Assembly (NCBI GenBank): GCA_026417035.1
Contig: JAOAEA010000015.1
Coordinates: 824 to 64,823, forward strand
Source: Burkholderiales bacterium
GTDB taxonomy: Bacteria; Pseudomonadota; Gammaproteobacteria; Burkholderiales; SG8-39
Length of the DNA: 64,000 bases
Direction of reading: 5' to 3'
In this document: piece by piece, positions 57,019 to 64,000 of the stretch
How the letters are laid out: every line of letters begins with the position of its first letter
Numbering within the stretch: the first letter of the stretch is position 1
The notes under the pieces: model-generated
What the model was told of the DNA's origin: nothing
Seen by the model: only the letters and a program-made list of their open reading frames with translations
Database searches by the model: none
Translations under genes and position numbers: made by a program

Positions 57019-57693
57019 ATGGCCGGACCTGCTGCTGTTTCAACCCTGCTCTTGCGGAACGTGCCGCTGTTCGCGCAGCTGCCCGAGCCGCAGCTCTCGC
57101 TCCTCACGAAGGTGGTGGGCCGCAAGTCGTACACGCGCGGCACGACCATCATCAACGCGGGCGACCCGACCGACGCGCTCTACATCGTGATCTCGGGCCG
57201 CCTCAAGGTGATGATGAGCGACGACGAGGGCCGCGAGGTGATCCTCGCGATCCTCGGGCAGGGCGAGTTCTTCGGCGAGATGGGCCTCGTGGACGACGCG
57301 CCGCGCTCGGCGACGGTGATCGCGATCGAGCCGTGCGAGCTGCTCGTCATGTCGAAGGCCGACTTCAAGAAGTGCCTCTCGGACAACTTCGACATCGCGA
57401 TGGGCGTGATGCGCGGCCTGGTGAAGCGCCTGCGCGACGCGGACAAGAAGATCGGCAGCCTCGCGCTCATGGACGTGTACGGCCGCGTCGCGCGCCTGCT
57501 GCTCGAGATGTCCGAGGAGATCGACGGCCAGAAGGTGGTCACCAAGAAGCTCCCGAAGCAGGACATCGCGAAGATGATCGGCGCCTCGCGCGAGATGGTG
57601 AGCCGCGTGATGAAGGACCTGCAGACCGGCGGCTACATCGAGGTGAAGGCCGGCGCCATCTTCCTGCGCGACAACATCCTGATGGCGCACTGA
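57019..57693 (+). CDS. CRP/FNR-family cyclic-nucleotide-binding transcription regulator
   Basis: 224 aa: cNMP domain ...YIVISGRLKVMMSDDEGREVILAILGQGEFFGEMGL...RSATV..., HTH ...QDIAKMIGASREMVSRVMKDLQTGGYI. Confidence 0.9.
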   Translation: MAGPAAVSTLLLRNVPLFAQLPEPQLSLLTKVVGRKSYTRGTTIINAGDPTDALYIVISGRLKVMMSDDEGREVILAILGQGEFFGEMGLVDDAPRSATVIAIEPCELLVMSKADFKKCLSDNFDIAMGVMRGLVKRLRDADKKIGSLALMDVYGRVARLLLEMSEEIDGQKVVTKKLPKQDIAKMIGASREMVSRVMKDLQTGGYIEVKAGAIFLRDNILMAH

Positions 57694-57747
57694 GCGCCCT
57701 CGGGCGCGCCCGGGCCGCCGGCCGGTGAAGCCGCCGCCGGCCCGGAC

Positions 57748-57753
57748 TACAAT
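57748..57753 (+). promoter_or_regulatory. candidate -10 (TACAAT) for ftsK
   Basis: tacaat lies 55 nt upstream of the ftsK GTG. Confidence 0.3.
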
Positions 57754-57807
57754 CCCCGCTGCGCCGGGCGCATCCCGCGTCCGGCCCCGCCCGGGCGGAC
57801 CCGCCCC

Positions 57808-60075
57808 GTGACGTCGAACGCCGCAGCCCCGCTTCCCGCCAAGATCGCCACGCTCCTGCGCGAGTCGCGCTGGTTCGTGCTGATCGCGGTCGCGGGGTAT
57901 CTCGCGCTGGTGCTCGCCACCTTCAGCCGCGGTGACCCCGGCTGGTCGCACAGCGCGACCGTGGAGCGGGTCGCGAACGCCGGCGGCCGCGCCGGCGCGT
58001 GGGTCGCCGACGTGCTCCTCTACCTCTTCGGCGTCTCGGCGTGGTGGTGGGTCCTGCTCTTCGTGTACGTGGTCGTCTGGGGCTACCGGCGGCTCGACGG
58101 CAGCTCGATCAGCGACCGGCGCCCGCTCATCGTCGCGCTCTCGGGCTTTGCGCTGCTCATCGTCGCCTCGAGCGCCCTCGAGGCGCTGCGCTTCCACGGC
58201 CTGCGGGCGGAGCTCCCGCTCGCGCCCGGCGGCATGCTCGGGCTCGCGGCTTCGGAGTGGATGGCGCGCACGTTCGGCTTCACCGGCGCGACGCTCGTCC
58301 TCATCACCGCGGTCGCCATCGGCTTCAGCCTCTTCACGGGGATCTCCTGGCTCGCGGTGAGCGAGGTGATCGGCGCCGGGATCGAGCTCGCCTGGGGCGC
58401 TGCGGTGGCGGCCTGGCAGCGCCGGCGCGACCGCAAGGCCGGCGAGATCGCGACCGTCGAGCGCGAGGCGGTGGTCGAGGAGGAGCGCAAGCGCTTCGTC
58501 GAGCACGAGCCGATCCGGATCGAGGCGCCGGTGGTCGAGATCCCCAAGTCCGAGCGCGTGATCAAGGAGAAGCAGGTTCCGCTCTTCCACGACCTGCCCG
58601 ACACGCCGCTGCCGCCGCTCGCGCTGCTCGACGAGCCGCCCGCGGACCGCGAGGTCGTGAGCGCCGAGACGCTCGAGTACACCTCGCGCCTCATCGAGAA
58701 GAAACTCAAGGACTTCGGCGTGGAGGTGAAGGTGCTCGCCGCGCATCCGGGGCCGGTGATCACCCGCTACGAGGTCGAGCCAGCGGTCGGGGTGAAGGGG
58801 AGCCAGGTGGTCAACCTGGTGAAAGACCTCGCCCGCGCGCTCTCGGTGATCTCCATCCGCGTGGTCGAGACCATCCCCGGCAAGTCGTACATGGGCCTCG
58901 AGATCCCGAACCCGAAGCGCCAGGTCGTGCGTCTCTCGGAGATCCTCTCCTCGCAGGTCTACAACGACATGCACTCGCCGCTCGCGCTCGCGCTCGGCAA
59001 GGACATCTCCGGAAATCCGGTCGTGGCCGACCTGGCGAAGATGCCGCACCTGCTGGTGGCCGGGACCACCGGCTCGGGCAAGTCGGTCGCGATCAACGCG
59101 ATGATCCTCTCGCTCGTCTACAAGTCGGAGCCCAAGGACGTGCGCCTGGTCATGGTGGACCCGAAGATGCTCGAGCTCTCGGTCTACCAGGACATCCCGC
59201 ACCTGCTCGCGCCGGTGGTCACCGACATGAAGCAGGCGGCGAACGCGCTCGCCTGGTGCGTCGGCGAGATGGAGCGGCGCTACAAGCTGATGTCGTGGCT
59301 CGGCGTGCGCAACCTCTCCGGCTACAACCACAGGATCGCGGAGGCCGAGAAGCGCGGCGAGCCCCTGCACGACCCCAACACCATCACCGCCGAGAACCCG
59401 GTGCCGCTCGGCAAGCTGCCCTACATCGTCGTGATCGTCGACGAGCTCGCCGACCTGATGATGGTCGCGGGCAAGAAGGTCGAGGAGCTGATCGCGCGCA
59501 TCGCCCAGAAGGCGCGCGCCGCGGGCATCCACCTGGTGCTCGCCACGCAGCGCCCGTCGGTGGACGTGATCACCGGGCTCATCAAGGCGAACATCCCGAC
59601 CCGGATCGCGTTCCAGGTCTCCGCGCGCGTCGACTCGCGCACCATCCTCGACCAGCAGGGCGCCGAGGCGCTGCTCGGCCAAGGCGACATGCTCTACCTG
59701 CCGCCGGGGGCGGGGCTGCCGCAGCGCGTGCACGGCGCTTTCGTCGCCGACCAGGAGGTGCACCGGGTCGTCGAGTATCTCAAGCAGCAGGGCGCGCCGG
59801 ATTACGTCGGCGGCGTGCTCGAGTCGCCGGAGGACTTTGCCGGCGAGGGCGTGGCGGGCGAGGGCGGCGGCGAGGCCGATCCGCTCTACGACCAGGCGGT
59901 CGAGGTGGTCCTGCGCACGCGCCGGCCGTCGATCTCGCTCGTGCAGCGCCACCTGCGCATCGGCTACAACCGCGCGGCGCGCCTCATCGAGCAGATGGAG
60001 GCCGCGGGCCTGGTGTCGCCGATGCAGGCGAACGGCAACCGCGAGGTGATCGTGCCGAGCCGGGCGGAAGGCTGA
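57808..60075 (+). CDS. ftsK: DNA translocase FtsK
   Basis: 755 aa, GTG start: N-terminal TM segments; motor ...[21 protein letters not shown]...[13 protein letters not shown]...[18 protein letters not shown]...; gamma domain ...[24 protein letters not shown]. Confidence 0.95.
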   Translation: MTSNAAAPLPAKIATLLRESRWFVLIAVAGYLALVLATFSRGDPGWSHSATVERVANAGGRAGAWVADVLLYLFGVSAWWWVLLFVYVVVWGYRRLDGSSISDRRPLIVALSGFALLIVASSALEALRFHGLRAELPLAPGGMLGLAASEWMARTFGFTGATLVLITAVAIGFSLFTGISWLAVSEVIGAGIELAWGAAVAAWQRRRDRKAGEIATVEREAVVEEERKRFVEHEPIRIEAPVVEIPKSERVIKEKQVPLFHDLPDTPLPPLALLDEPPADREVVSAETLEYTSRLIEKKLKDFGVEVKVLAAHPGPVITRYEVEPAVGVKGSQVVNLVKDLARALSVISIRVVETIPGKSYMGLEIPNPKRQVVRLSEILSSQVYNDMHSPLALALGKDISGNPVVADLAKMPHLLVAGTTGSGKSVAINAMILSLVYKSEPKDVRLVMVDPKMLELSVYQDIPHLLAPVVTDMKQAANALAWCVGEMERRYKLMSWLGVRNLSGYNHRIAEAEKRGEPLHDPNTITAENPVPLGKLPYIVVIVDELADLMMVAGKKVEELIARIAQKARAAGIHLVLATQRPSVDVITGLIKANIPTRIAFQVSARVDSRTILDQQGAEALLGQGDMLYLPPGAGLPQRVHGAFVADQEVHRVVEYLKQQGAPDYVGGVLESPEDFAGEGVAGEGGGEADPLYDQAVEVVLRTRRPSISLVQRHLRIGYNRAARLIEQMEAAGLVSPMQANGNREVIVPSRAEG

Positions 60076-60118
60076 CCGAGGCTTCGACGCAGCGCGCGCA
60101 GAGGACGCGGAGAAACTC

Positions 60119-60796
60119 ATGCTCGACCCCGGCACGACGTCGGCGTGGGCGGCGAGACGCCGCGGAGGCATCGGGCGCATGGTCGTCTCCGCGGCCCTCT
60201 GCATCTCCGCGCTGGGTGTGGTAGCGCCTGCGCACGCCGGCGGCATCGACCGCCTCGGCGAGTTCACCGCCGGAACGCGTACGATGCGCGGCGAGTTCGA
60301 GCAGAAGATCCACGACCGCAGCGGCCGCGTCACCCAGACGTCCAAAGGCACGCTCGCGTTCTCGCGGCCAGGCAAGTTCCGCTGGACCTACGCCAAGCCC
60401 TACGCGCAGGTGATCGTGGGCGACGGCGCGAAGGTCTGGATCTACGACGAGGACCTCAACCAGGTCACGGTGCGCAAGCTCGACCTCGCGCTCGGCGCGA
60501 CGCCGGCGGCGCTGCTCGCCGGCAACAACGAGGCGCTCAAGGCGTTCACGCTGCGCGACGAAGGCGCGAAGGACGGCCTCGAGTGGGTCGAGGCCGTCCC
60601 CAGGGATCGCGAGGGCAACTTCGAGCGCATCCGCATGGGCTTCGGGCCCGACGGCCCCCGCGCGATGGAGCTCGTCGACAGCTTCGGCCAGACCACGCTG
60701 CTGCGCTTCACGAAGCTCGAGCGCAACCCGGCGCTCGACGCCTCGCTCTTCCGCTTCGCGCCGCCGAAGGGGGCGGACGTGATCGGCGAGCCATGA
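60119..60796 (+). CDS. lolA: outer-membrane lipoprotein carrier protein LolA
   Basis: 225 aa: ...[58 protein letters not shown]... An alternative start at ATG 60179 ([20 protein letters not shown]) is also plausible. Confidence 0.85.
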   Translation: MLDPGTTSAWAARRRGGIGRMVVSAALCISALGVVAPAHAGGIDRLGEFTAGTRTMRGEFEQKIHDRSGRVTQTSKGTLAFSRPGKFRWTYAKPYAQVIVGDGAKVWIYDEDLNQVTVRKLDLALGATPAALLAGNNEALKAFTLRDEGAKDGLEWVEAVPRDREGNFERIRMGFGPDGPRAMELVDSFGQTTLLRFTKLERNPALDASLFRFAPPKGADVIGEP

Positions 60797-60894
60797 TCGG
60801 GATCCGATCCCGCGTTCGGGCTTCGGGATTCAGGACTCGGGCTTCGGGATTCGGGGATCGCGCTTCGCTTGCCTCTTCGGGCTCCTGATCCCCG
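60797..60894. repeat. RGGAYYS heptamer repeat element between lolA and rarA
   Basis: Palindrome cgggatc-c-gatcccg, then CGGGCTT CGGGATT CAGGACT | CGGGCTT CGGGATT CGGGGAT CGCGCTT (a 21-nt unit twice), then a distal inverted arm gctcctgatccccgg. It shares TCGGGGATCGCGCT with the 53559 element. Confidence 0.75.
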
Positions 60895-60904
60895 GCTGCC
60901 GGCC

Positions 60905-63566
<2,662 letters not shown>

Positions 63567-63583
63567 GGGCGCCGCCGCTCGCG

Positions 63584-63592
63584 TGCTACAAT
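63584..63592 (+). promoter_or_regulatory. candidate extended -10 (TGcTACAAT) for tRNA-Ser
   Basis: tgctacaat lies about 63 nt upstream of the mature tRNA 5' end. Confidence 0.35.
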
Positions 63593-63654
63593 CCGCGCCC
63601 TGCCGGCGGGGCAGACGGGCCGATCGGTCCGCGCGCGTCACCGGATCCCGAGAC

Positions 63655-63744
63655 GGAGAGGTGCCGGAGTGGTTGAACGGGCCGGTCTCGAAAACCGGAA
63701 TATCCGCAAGGGTATCGTGGGTTCGAATCCCACCCTCTCCGCCA
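63655..63744 (+). tRNA. tRNA-Ser (anticodon CGA)
   Basis: Hand fold. Acceptor GGAGAGG/CCTCTCC plus discriminator G and encoded CCA. Anticodon stem ccggt/accgg with loop cuCGAaa. Long variable arm. T arm gtggg-ttcgaat-cccac. Confidence 0.9.
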
Positions 63745-63752
63745 AGACATGA

Positions 63753-63774
63753 GAAGCCCGCGAACGCGGGCTTC
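63753..63774 (+). terminator. terminator hairpin after tRNA-Ser
   Basis: Perfect 10-bp stem gaagcccgcg-aa-cgcgggcttc, followed by gtcgtctt (a poor U tract). Confidence 0.55.
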
Positions 63775-64000
63775 GTCGTCTTGGCTCGAGAGGAGCGAGC
63801 CGACGGCTCGGCTCGCGAGGGCATGTCGCGAGCGCCGGGCGACTTGGCGCGCCGGCTCGCTCTCTTTGGGTGTGCGGCCCCGTGCCACCCGATCCGGCGG
63901 TCAGGCGCTCGTTCGCATCCGGCGCAGCATTCGTCTTCTGCTCGGATTGACGTATCGGTATCCGTATGCCGAGAATGCCCGCACGAGGGCCAAGGGGGCG

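Noticed and set aside
63586-63888. 100-aa - strand ORF overlapping tRNA-Ser.
   Set aside because: It is antisense to a well-folded tRNA and its terminator, and it has no protein-like features.

Overview
This is a high-GC (about 70% by eye) proteobacterial chromosomal core segment. Gene order suggests a beta- or gamma-proteobacterium. I can support about 57 protein-coding genes (one visibly frameshifted), one tRNA-Ser(CGA), several intrinsic terminators, a set of candidate sigma70 -10 elements that stand out against the GC-rich background, a DnaA-box cluster, and a family of heptamer-based intergenic repeats.

Several enterobacterial-type synteny blocks are present:
- rpmG-rpmB-radC | coaBC-dut
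- cspD | clpS-clpA
- rluE...icd
- exbBD-lpxK-ycaR-kdsB-adk
- tsaE-amiC
- (ybaK-like)-mutL-miaA
- trxB...ftsK-lolA-rarA-serS-tRNA-Ser

I saw no transposase, integrase, phage, CRISPR, toxin-antitoxin or recognisable defence genes. Many long ORFs in the track are GC-driven antisense or out-of-frame artefacts (Arg/Ala/Pro/Gly-rich) and were ignored.

Most interesting observations:
1. A 709-aa fusion protein whose C-terminal half matches cyanobacterial acyl-ACP reductase motif for motif, divergently paired with an Fe-alcohol dehydrogenase.
2. An H+-pyrophosphatase with an in-frame C-terminal OmpA-like peptidoglycan-binding domain, next to a frameshifted PPi-type phosphofructokinase.
3. A family of inverted arrays of RGGAYYS heptamers that start at stop codons at four sites and fill the gap between convergent genes at three of them.
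4. A DARS-like trio of DnaA boxes that includes a perfect inverted pair.
5. An 840-bp gene-free, highly structured region upstream of mgtA, ending in a proline-rich uORF whose stop overlaps the mgtA ATG.
6. A TonB-like SxxxH anchor that is encoded in frame but has no usable start codon.
7. Back-to-back tsaE/queG starts, with an AT-rich rare-codon patch inside tsaE.

All homology statements come from reading the translations and recalling family motifs. No searches were run.
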